DNA of 57,032 nucleotides, counting the filler, from Platydemus manokwari (lineage: Eukaryota), in assembly GCA_037951405.1 (NCBI GenBank). It is 5 parts of 5 records of this genome, joined end to end, with 100 filler letters (N's around TTAATTAATTAA, not from the genome) between each part and the next. Parts side by side here need not be neighbours in the genome. Positions count along the whole stretch, not along the records: positions 13,667 to 23,363 come from JBBMOY011215878.1; positions 23,464 to 33,279 come from JBBMOY011201433.1; 3 more parts are not named here. One strand, written 5' to 3'. The notes under the pieces were generated by a model. The model was not told the DNA's origin, searched no databases, and worked only from the letters and a program-made list of their open reading frames with translations. How positions within the stretch are numbered: position 1 is the first letter of the stretch; every line of letters starts with the position of its first letter. A program made the translations under genes and the position numbers. This document shows positions 14,901 to 25,417 of this stretch, in pieces.

Positions 14901-15888
14901 TGTGACTATGGCTTTCTTCTAATTGTCATTTACCATCTAACATAGGTCTGACTATTTGGTTGCTATGATCAGATATGGTTATGTAGGCATGTAAATGTTT
15001 GAAGGCCGTAAATATATGCTTAAAAATGTAAATACGTTTTTTTGTAGACCTCGATTTCACTCAACAATTTATGTAACACAACGTCTCTACCAATATCAGA
15101 AGAGCCTGCAAGGATTTTCAGAGAAATAGATGACCTCGTTGACTAAACATTGGAAGAAATTCAAGAGGAGACAGAATTAAAAGAAACTCAAGAGGAATTC
15201 CTCGAGTCACAGGAAGAAGTCCACTATGAGGAATTAATCCCACCTGTCAGAAGATGATCAGAATTTACCGAGCATGGACGCAAAAGTCAATCAGCTAACC
15301 AAGAAAGAGTAGAAGAATCCAGACCAAGTCATCTAGCACTAGGGAGACCAAGAAAGGATCAAATGTCAAGGCATACATTAAGTACCACTATAAGTACAAA
15401 GATTAAAGCGAGAGCTTTAGAGAAATTTGTACGAAATTTGATATAACCAAAAGGAATAACGCATGTGAAATCTACACAGGCAGAGGATATGTTAGGGAAA
15501 GTGCTGAAATTGCTACATTCAAAATTTAAAAATCTATTGGATAATGAGCTATTATGAAAACTAAGGACTGGATTTGTCGGAGTAGAATTACAAATTCAAC
15601 ATATCATTTTAGACAAAACATAGGATGACAAAGAGATCATCAAAAGCACTCCTCAAAGCATAATCGGATGCTAGAAAGCTCAAATGGCTATAGCTTTCAT
15701 GATACGAATGATATATGGAGTAACTACGAAGCATACACCGAAATATCAAGAAACTCTAGGAAAACTGGCCACGTTGTTGGAAAAGATTATCGAGTCATGG
15801 ATAAACAGACATATCGGATGGGAAGGACTGATAAAAGGGAAGAGTAAACCTAAATCATCTAAGAGAAGACAAAGCACCAAACATAGAA

Positions 15889-16831
15889 TTGGGAGCACAG
15901 ATGCCTATGGTATTGTTAACTATAATCATAGTAATGAGTTTATTTAATATAAAAGAAACCACGGCTATAAGAACAGTTGATTGCGATAAACCTGAGCTCG
16001 AAAAGATGTATTCGCTAGTGAATTTAAAGGAATGTCCTGAGGCTAAATACAACAAAATTTATATAGAATGTATATCAATAAACCGACTACAGAAGGCTAA
16101 ATTAAAAAAAGGTGTAATAAATACACAAATCCTCATTGAAGAAGGAGAAATTGACGATGATGTTCTATGTACTGAACGAGAAAGATATTTTTGCCAGAAT
16201 AAAAGGAGAAGTCCTATATAGTTACAAATGCAATGGGATAATGATTTCATTGAAAACACAGTTAGAATCTACCAATGAACTATCTGTATTTAACAACATA
16301 GAAAATAGATATTTGGAGCTAATATCTCGGATACTGATAGTTGAAAATGTAAAAGTAATAACGATGCTTTGCAATAGTATGTTAGGGCCACTGTATAAAT
16401 GTAATGGAACATGTTACAAGATGCTAAGCAAAGAGCCAATAGATAAGGTAGTTAACTTAGAAAAGATAAGGTTGTAACATGAATTAGATTTCAAAACGTT
16501 AAATGATATCGCGAAAATGGGAATTTATACCGTGGAAGATATAGAAGAAGCAAGAAGAAACCTAATGCTTCCATTAAGGCAAGAAAGAGTGGTCAGATAA
16601 ATAGTAGATTTAATGTTGCAAGGAGGCGGAGAGCAGCCAAACATCGAGAACCTGCTAGCTCCAGACCACTTTAACAGAGTGTCAATGACTTTCCTTCATA
16701 GGACATGGGGAAGATTTGTAGTCATTGGAAATGTTGTATCTGCGTTTAAAGGAATTTGGTTTATAAAAGTTATAATAAAAATGGTGTTGAATCCGTGTAT
16801 TTCAACATACGTACTAATAAGAGTACATTGA
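15889..16831 (+). pseudogene. Chuvirus-like (class III fusion-type) envelope glycoprotein, internally deleted and frameshifted
   Basis: Hydrophobic signal, then RTVDC...YSLVNLKECP; later GEVLYSYKC, NELSV....RYLELISRIL, C....PLYKCNGTCY, IAKMGIYTVED...LMLP, and a TM region TWGRFVVIGNVVSAFKGIWFI. This motif order matches chuviral/retroelement-captured glycoproteins as I recall them. Confidence 0.75.
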
Positions 16832-17237
16832 TAAATTTATGTTACTGGAGAAGCAACACACGGCAATTAGAAAGTTAAAAGAAAGAGTAAATATATTAGA
16901 ACAACCAGAAACTGCTATATACTGAGATACTAATAGAGATTCAAAGGAAAAAGAAGATGAAGTTTTATTGAAAAATCAAGTCAGAATATTTAGCAAAACA
17001 GTATGGAACTCAGTCTAAATAGAACCAGATCAGGATCATTAGGACGATTAAGCTGTGTAAGTAAAACGTTCGGATGTTATCCAAAACAATGAAATGGAAA
17101 ATTTTAATGAAAAGTAGTCGATTACTAAACCATCAAAAATAAATTCAAAAATCAACTTATCCGAGAGTTAGGTAAGAGCAGAGTTCTCAATACCGGATAA
17201 CAGAATAAATATGGTATATGAACCAAATCACAGTAAA

Positions 17238-17455
17238 TTTTCTATTAAAGTAAAAGTTAATGACTACATGATGTAAGCATTAATAGTTTCAGAAGCAGAT
17301 GTGTTAATCATCTCTTATAAAATTTTAACTAGGAAGCATTAAAGCCACTTACGGTACTAGTTTTGTCTAGAACAGTTACAGGAGAGTAAATCTCATTTGA
17401 AGGAAAAATCTTATGCAAAGCGCTAATTGGTGAATATAGGTTCACTCATGAATTT
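17238..17455 (+). pseudogene. Retropepsin-type aspartic protease remnant
   Basis: FSIKVKVNDYMM*ALIVSEADVLIIS (decayed ALIDSGADVSII), followed after a frameshift by RTVTGE*ISFEGKILCKALIGEYRFTHEF. Confidence 0.7.
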
Positions 17456-17469
17456 TCTTTCTTTTAGTT

Positions 17470-18960
17470 TCTCTTTTACGTCATTGCTCATCCAAGTTCT
17501 CTTCATTCTCAGAATCTGCAAATTCGACGGCTGAGATGCTATCTTTCTAATCCGATTCGGTGCTCTGCTTTGAGTAGAAAGTGTCTTTCCTTGATGCACA
17601 TATATATTATCTTTTCAGTTGTAACTCATTTGAAACCTGGTTTGCGTAGTAAGATTTCATTTGGAGATTTCCATTTCCCCAGATTTCCAATCACATAGGT
17701 ATGTGATTCCAACGTTGGCTTTCTTCACCTGGTTCCGCAGATCTTCGTATTTTTGTAAGTTGCCTTCATCCACGTTGTTCAACTAAATAGACACAGCTCG
17801 TCCTATTAATAAGTAATTGCCACTAAATTGGCAAGATTTTTATATGTATGTCATTTTCAGTGAAGTTATTGATGTATTTGGTCAAAATTTTCAATATTCG
17901 CATATGACGGTTGAGGATATATAAATGTGACATATTAAAATTAGTGTAAACATGGGTCTGGGATTTCAGCTCATACAAGCATTTTTGGAACTGTTGAACT
18001 ACCATGAACTTCATGTTTTGAGTGACAAGTGTGTCAAGCCAAGCTCGGTGTACAAAGGTAAACTCTGCTATTGAAAGTTGTACACAATCTTTTTTCATGT
18101 TGAAGTTATTTCCGGCCATATTTTTGGATATCTGTCACATCGAATTTGCTTGGCCAAGTGAAGTTGATAACTTCTGTTGAAGCATTGTCGGAGTAGATTT
18201 AGGAGTTTTTTCAGGTTATTTTAGCTCAGTGATGCTTCTTTTGTTATACCTCCTTCATCTCTGCAAATGCATTGGTAGATTTCGACACCAGTGTCTCCAT
18301 CGTTGATTTAGAATTTGACTGTGGTGAGCATTTAGACTTGTTCATATCAGATAAACCCAGAAATTTTATCCCGTTGCAAGTGCTTCTTTTTTCTGGTCTT
18401 TGGGTGGCATTTTAGCCAGTTTAATGATTTCACAAAGTTTTGATCACATCCTTGGGACTCCTTTGCAATTTCCTTGATAATTTTCTGTTTACTACTTTAT
18501 ATTACTAGCACATTTGATACTGTTACTATCCATAGCCAGCGTTTGATTTTATCTAGTATAAGAAGTACGTCGAGCAAAAGTTTGGTGCACCGATCATCTT
18601 TTTCAATATTTTCCTCAATTTTGTGTCCAAACTTTTCAGCTTGGTATATGTAACATAGTAAGTTCTGTCGAAAAAGATCACTTTGCTATGAACAAACATA
18701 CCACATTCATGAAGTATTTGCCATCGCAATAGACTACATTCAGTGAGTTTTTCTGATAAGGGTTTTAATTCTCGAGATTCTCGATTGAGTTATACAGATT
18801 TCAGCAAAGTTAACACTTAAATTTCTAAAATATTCTTTTCATTGAATTATCGGTATTTTCTAGCCATTGATTTGAAGGCTTTTGACTGATTGTTCCAATT
18901 TCATTTTCCACATGTGGCCGCACTTGTTTGGTTCGAATTTTATGGTCAATTAGTTCACAA
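17470..18960 (-). mobile_element. 3' part of an R2-group (NeSL/Utopia-like) non-LTR retrotransposon with restriction-like endonuclease, decayed
   Basis: Minus strand order: thumb IKFEPNKC; SLLRWQIL (cf. SLLxPWQKL); LKSLDTKLRKILKKMIGAP; AEFTFVHRAWLDTL (cf. RFIHRARLN.LP); decayed CCHC knuckle QKC..E.QTHV....NRH; RLE motifs QKYEDL and VIGNLGKW...NEILLRKPG. Confidence 0.75.
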
Positions 18961-18999
18961 TTGGCAGAGACTGGTTCATTAACATTTGAAATTCTTCGC

Positions 19000-20350
19000 T
19001 AATATTATGAATAATTGCTATAACATCGACATAAGCCGGTGATTTGATTGATTAAGAAAGATTCTAAGTTGAAAACGATGTTCAGTACTAAAACTAGGCA
19101 TTTCTGTTTTAAGAGACTACTTTTACATAATGTAACGCGCCCTTTTCAGAGGCTAATGAATGTAATTCTCAAGGTTTTGTTTTACAAAGGTCCTCTTGTT
19201 TATCTGGATGTTATTTTAGTGTATAGAAGAACAGTCGAAGAACACAATGGGAAACACGACAAGGTATTTATGTTGATTATATCAACAGGTTTGAAAATCA
19301 ATCTTAAAAATTTTCTTTTGAATCAAAAAATTATTTTATTCATAGGGTTAGTGTTGAAGGTAAATAAAACTAATAAAGACAAAGTAAAGAAGATTAAAAA
19401 ACAATAAAACACAGTTGTGTAACCCAGTTGATGTCGTTTCTTTGACTATGTAATTATTATCACTGGCGATTTAGCAAAGACTACGCATAAAATTATGTTC
19501 CATTAGTTGGAATGATGACCAATAATGACAAGTAATTATAATGGACTACGGAGTGTGAGGATTGATTTGTAAACTTAAAGGAACAAATATGCACAGCTCA
19601 GATTTTGGCCTTTCCGGATACAATTTAAAAGATGATTATAAATAACGTCACTAATTTCAAAGCAATTAGCCAATTAGATGGCACTAGAACAGAGAGAGTT
19701 GTTGTCTATAGTTCAAGAATTCTTAACAGTTATGAAAAGTTATTGCGTCAAGAGGAAGAAACTTTTAGCAACCATTGAGTTCATTATGTATTTAAATTTT
19801 TGACACCCACTGATAAGAAGGCATTAACATATATGAAGAAAACTAATAAACCAATTAGCTCTAAGTTTCAAACAAGGATTGCGAACTTAACTGGTTTAAA
19901 TATCAGAAGTTATCAGATCATGGAAATGCGGATGGATTCTCAAGGATAGGCGAAGCAGTTTTCACAGTGCTTATTTCAGCATAAAAGTGCTAAAGTAGGC
20001 AAACCATAAAATTGGTTTATTAATGTTTCAATTAGAGCATTCAATTAAAATTAATGACGAACTGAAGAAGATTCAACAAAAAGATACTGTCGTTTGTTCT
20101 ATTTGAAAATAGTTACAGAAAACGGAAACATAGGTCAATTCGTCGGTCAAGAACAGCAAATGTTTTAACGGTTTAGAGAAATACGATAATGATAATAGAA
20201 AGAAGCGAATTGTTATGCCAGAAGTTCATAAGAAGTTGTACCATATTGGTATTAAGAATATGGTCGATTACATTGAAGAGATTTACTTCTGACCAAACAT
20301 GTCACGAAACATTGATACAAAGTTTGAAATTGTGATATTTATCCTGAACT
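19000..20350 (+). mobile_element. Ty3/Gypsy pol fragment (RT-RNase H-integrase zinc finger) of the short-LTR family, decayed
   Basis: KTMFSTKTRHFCFKR...FQRLMNVILK...LVYLDVILVY...GLKINLK (RT); TDKKALTYMKK and DHGNADGFSR (RNase H end). Nucleotide similarity to 37270-37830. Confidence 0.85.
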
Positions 20351-20729
20351 GAAGGTTTTACACTCGACAAACTAAAGAAATGATGATTCCAAGATACTTT
20401 TAGAACACAACTGGTAATAATCTTCGTTGAGTCTCTTTCAATAAATCTAAAATCTTTTAATTTCTTACGATTATTCATACTCATATTCAAAATATTCAAA
20501 TGTTTTATATGTGATTTGGTTTTTTCATGTTTCGCTTAATCTGATATAAACATAGTCTGGTAAATTTACCCATTTTTAAATATAAAAAATAACTCTTAAA
20601 AATGGAGTCAAATTGTTGAAAATTTAAAGTTAATGGAAAAAGATTACTTAAAAAACTGAAAATCCTGAAGAATACGTAATTATAAAAAGTATTAAGATGA
20701 TAAATGTCCGTATTGTAGGCAAAAATCAT

Positions 20730-21010
20730 ATGAAAGAAACTGTATCATTCTGAATTCATTATTAGAGAATTTTAGGATATAGTGAAATAGAAATATATTT
20801 CAGGATGTCAAATATTATCTAAATCTTTTGTCGTAAAATTTTAAGACAAGATGAATTTGGGAGCTAATTAATATTGTCAAAAATTATCAGAATCTTTTCT
20901 AAGAGAATTCCAAGACAAAGCGGGTTACGAATATATTTAAATGCGCAAAAAATTATCTGAAAAATTTTCCGATAATTCCGAGAAAAATTAGATTGATAGA
21001 TCGGTTTCTC
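20730..21010 (+). pseudogene. Decayed tryptophan-repeat-family gene (LSE.FIREF.DKV.W..IS..Q units), likely viral/Polinton cargo
   Basis: Three to four degenerate units: IIREF*DIVK*KYISGCQILSKSFVVKF*DKM, QKLSESFLREFQDKAGYEYI, KKLSEKF. Confidence 0.55.
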
Positions 21011-21059
21011 TACGTTTTGTCTTAATCAATTTTTAGTATCTAAAAATGACTTTTGTTTG

Positions 21060-21680
21060 GGATCGGAATCAAAATATATTCAATAATCATCCAAGTTTTC
21101 CTTCATTTTTTAGAATGATAATTGTTGGAAGCTCAGGTTGTGGTGTAATTTACTTAATTTAATTAATTACTTAGATTAAATTAATTTAATAATGTTTACA
21201 AAAATTGTTTATTAAGAAGAATATCAAATTCATTATCGTCGATCTACAATTTTTTTATGAAAATAATGTATAAAAAATAATTGAAAATTAAGATGATTTC
21301 GATAACGATATAACTGTAAGAGAAATCAATGGGCTCATTGTTATATATAACTTTTTTTAGAGAAAAGTAAGATATAAATAACTATGCTATCTAAATTTAA
21401 CGAAATTATGAACCCGTTGGATTTACATAGAAATAAATAGAATTTAATAATTTTGGACGATTTTTACAAAGAAAAACAAAGAAATAATATCTGCTTATTA
21501 TATTAGAGGAAAATATTATAGTTGTAATAGTATTTTACTATCTGAAAGTTAGTTTAATTTACCCAATTCAAATTTTGTTCTTTTATGTTAATTAATAACA
21601 AAGATAACGATTCTGATTTATTATCCAACGCTACAGGAAAAAGGGATTTTGATTTTCTTGGAAATAAACAATGAAATTGG
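21060..21680 (+). mobile_element. Polinton/Maverick-type packaging ATPase (A32-like) remnant
   Basis: NHPSFPSFFRMIIVGSSGCG (Walker A, decayed), NLIILDDF (Walker B, ~21440), and YYIRGKYYSCNSILLSES*FNLP (cf. YTRGRH.N..CI.LSQ.YF.LP). Confidence 0.75.
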
Positions 21681-23363
21681 AAATATAAATACGCAGCTTT
21701 CGAGAAAGATAAAGGTGTAATTCTTGAAGACTTGTTTGCCATTTATGAAGAAAAATAAAGATGTTTTTTTAAATATTAAAAATGGGAACTTTTGAAATAA
21801 AAAAATACTAAAAGAATTAAAAAATGTTATTTCCTTCAAAAATAAAATCAATACTGAAGCTGATAAAAAATATTCTGAAGTTATGTTAAATCAGAATATC
21901 GCCAATTTCATAAACCTTTTTAACACTCGTTCTTCAAAATTAAAAAACCAAAACTAACAATGAAAGAGAGAAATAAAATTTTGAAAGCTATTGAAATAAA
22001 CAAGGTATTTAAATCATGAAATATTTGAAAGAAAATAATCCCAAAAACCAGGACATATTGAATAGAAAATATTTAGATCAAATCATGAAGGATATCTTTT
22101 AAATCCATTATACCGACATTATAAATTAAAAAATTAAATAACAAGGACTTTCTATTTTCATATATTTATTCTACCGAATTCTTGATAACGAAATCGGATG
22201 ACAAAATTTTTTTTATATATACTTGGGATGGGATGTTATTTGATATTACAGATAATTTGTTAAACATTATTTTGGTGAAATAAAAATGTAAATTAAAGGA
22301 AGAAGGCAATCAAACTTGTTTTGAAATATTAGAGAAAACAAATATAACAAAGGTATCTAATTGTAAGTAGTTTTCATACATCAATTATTAAAAAGAAAAA
22401 AACTTTATCAATTCAGGATATATGAGGAATGATTCAAAATAAAACTCGTACATCTGGAACATGATAAAATAATAATCAAATAAAGTCATCACATCTGGTA
22501 AATCTAATATAATTATTTAATGAATTAAGAAAACATTGAAAAGTAAAATAATTAAGAAGTATTTTCATTATATTTAGTTTTAAAAATGGTATCTAAATTA
22601 GATGGAAATCATTATAGATATTTATATCAGTTTCCTTCTATTTTCAATTGAATTTGAATTAAAAAAAATAAAGTAAAATTATTCTTCATGTTGCTCATAA
22701 TATTACTTTAAGAATGTTTATCCAATTTTTTTAATTCGATGAGATTAACGTTAGGAACACATGAAATCGAAAATATTGAAAGTAGTGGAGAAATATTTAT
22801 TTAAATGAATTATGTATTATTACAAAAGCAAATGAAGAAATAGAAGAATTAATAGGCTAGATATCTGAAAACTTAATGAAGGTCCGGATAAGGTTAACAA
22901 AGATTTCAAAAGAAAAACTTTTAAAAACTTTTAACAAACAAGAATGAAAAATATAGTTTTACAAGAAAATTTAACCAGAACAATTATTAAGATTTTTAGA
23001 AAGTTAGAAAGTAATCCAGATAGATTAGAAAACCTTAATGCAAAATAATAAATACCACTAGAAACTAGATAAGTCTATCAACAAAGAAAGAATAGTACAG
23101 AAATAATAATTTAAATAAGTGCATATAGGTAATCTAATTGAGTTATGCCTGTACGATATATAATTATAAATGGCTATATCAAATATGCAATGAAAAGTAA
23201 ACTGTGAAATAAACTGTCGAAAGTGCCTTTATCCAACAGAATCTCAAACACATATTTTTACAATGTGCCCACCTTCGAGTTCTTTCAAAACTTACAGGCA
23301 CAATGAGATTGTTGATATAGTTGCACGGTTTGTACAATATAATACTGATTTTAGGATTTTTAT

Positions 23364-23463
23364 NNNNNNNNNNNNNNNNNNNNNNNNNNNNNNNNNNNNN
23401 NNNNNNNTTAATTAATTAANNNNNNNNNNNNNNNNNNNNNNNNNNNNNNNNNNNNNNNNNNNN
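23364..23463. other. Assembly gap/linker
   Basis: 44N-TTAATTAATTAA-44N. Confidence 0.97.
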
Positions 23464-24919
23464 GTTTTGAAAATAAATCTCTAATATTTAAAATAATCAA
23501 GAGGCAAATTGGTGTCCCGACTTATGAGTAAAGCTTTAAATACTGTAAACTTCATAACAATTCTCGTTAGATATAATGTACAGAGATCGAAATGCAGGTA
23601 AACAACCGAGGAGAATAATCCACTCTTATACATTATGTTTTCATTTGCAGATCGCGGACAAGAAAAATCCAAAAGATGTTGAAATAAAGGAGCTCAAGTA
23701 CTAATGAATGCCATCAATTGAACATCTAACGCTTTGAATGAAGGAATAAATTAATAAAATCTATTAGCGAATTGAGTGACGAGGTTAATTTGATAATTTC
23801 ACTATCATAAAATCTATATGAAGATATGGAAGATTGACAAAATGGCTGATATCTAATTAGTCACCACTCGCGTTTGTTATTTATTGTGTAAACTCCAAAT
23901 GTGAAATCGATTTTCTTTAACAAACTTGTTCACTTAAAAGGCACAATGTCGAACTCAACTGTTGAGTGTGGAGAATCTCGATTAATTTGTCCTTATGATA
24001 ATTTAAATCCTAACTGTAAATCTAAAAAATTTATAAATGAGATGCAGCACATGATATCAACAAACAGGGAAAAGAGTCATCGCATAATTATCTTAAAGCA
24101 TTTGATAATTTGATAAATTGATGAAAATAATGAAATAGAAAGTGAAAAAGATGTCTCACATAGACTGGTTTCATTAATGATTAATAAAATTAATTGATTA
24201 AAGAAATTAATTGATTAAAAAATAATTTATTTATTAATTAATAATAATTAAAAAAATAATCAATAAATAAATTGGAAATTATCTCGCAGTTCAAAATTAG
24301 CTAAATAATTTTTTCTTTCTATACCAGTTTGAAATTGTAACGATCACGAATATAATTTCGGAAGTCAAATTTTCAACAGAATGGCTTTTCTAAAAATCAA
24401 ATCCATTCGGATTTTTCTTCCAACAATCAACCTGTTTAATAACCAATATTCGCAATATTGCTATATAATGTAACACAAGCACCATCAAGTGATACTTTAT
24501 GTCTACAACTATAGAACAAAATCGACATCATTTTCTAAAAATAACTCAGTGCCTCACTATTATTACCGATTTGTCATGAACAATATTCTGCCTGTTCGAT
24601 AATTTGGGTGATATTTTGTCGATTATATTGTAAATAAACAAATAAATATTTACCATTAAATAGCTTAATATGATGAATGATATCTAAATATAAAACATCA
24701 AAGATGCATAATCTGAAAATGTAATGCTCATAATATATTATTCATATTCATCCATTATAATACTGTTAATGTATGAATGGTACAATGCTATGTTTAAACA
24801 AATTATCAACACACCCTTATTATTTATTAAAATCACCAAAAATCAATATTAATAAATCAATGATCACAATTATTACGTTATTATAATTATTTATATAAAA
24901 TATAATAAATTATATATAC

Positions 24920-25417
24920 CAGGGTTCCGCCAGTACACTCCAGCGGTACCGCAATTTCTAAATTTCTTAATTAGAACAACGAACAAATAAACAGCATGTT
25001 AAATATCCTGCAATTGCCCAGAAATCGCTACGACTTCTTGTGAAATTTGTGTGTATTTGGCTTTTCAGCTCTGACAACCATCAAACCCAAGAAACTAGCA
25101 CAATTGCTATCTGTGGAAGATGAACTTCGTGTGTGTGTCTGTCAAAAACACAACCGAATCTTAAAGAGTTGTGCAAGAAACATCAGACTCAAATTTCCCA
25201 CTGATAAGAATAGATTTAGTCTATTCAAACATGTAAAATTTTGTTTTCATTTCATCAACAAACACGTACAATACTCTGAACATAAATGCTTTTCTCTCAT
25301 TTTAAAAAATAAATGCTGTTTTCTGCATAAAGCAATCAAATTATTGCACGCTGGTTCCTTGATCCAGAGGAATGTTTGCATGGGATTCCTCTCCATGGAA
25401 AAGGTTGAAAATCACTG
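24920..25417 (+). mobile_element. hAT (Charlie/Buster-type) DNA transposon deletion derivative: transposase C-terminal dimerization domain plus right TIR
   Basis: KYPAIAQKSLRLL ... FGFSALTTIKPKK...SVEDELRVC ... PNLKELCKKHQTQISH*. It ends in aaggttgaaaatcactg (Charlie-type TIR), and the left end has a gggttccgc subterminal motif. Confidence 0.8.

Larger units (their letters stand above)
15070..17460 (+). mobile_element. Decayed envelope-bearing LTR retroelement, copy 1: unknown domain - chuvirus-like glycoprotein - aspartic protease; truncated by a non-LTR element
   Basis: Interrupted + strand frames in this order: acidic/AT-hook domain (15080-15890), glycoprotein (15889-16831), cytoplasmic/linker region, and retropepsin (17238-17455). 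Homologous to 38770-39410. Confidence 0.8.
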
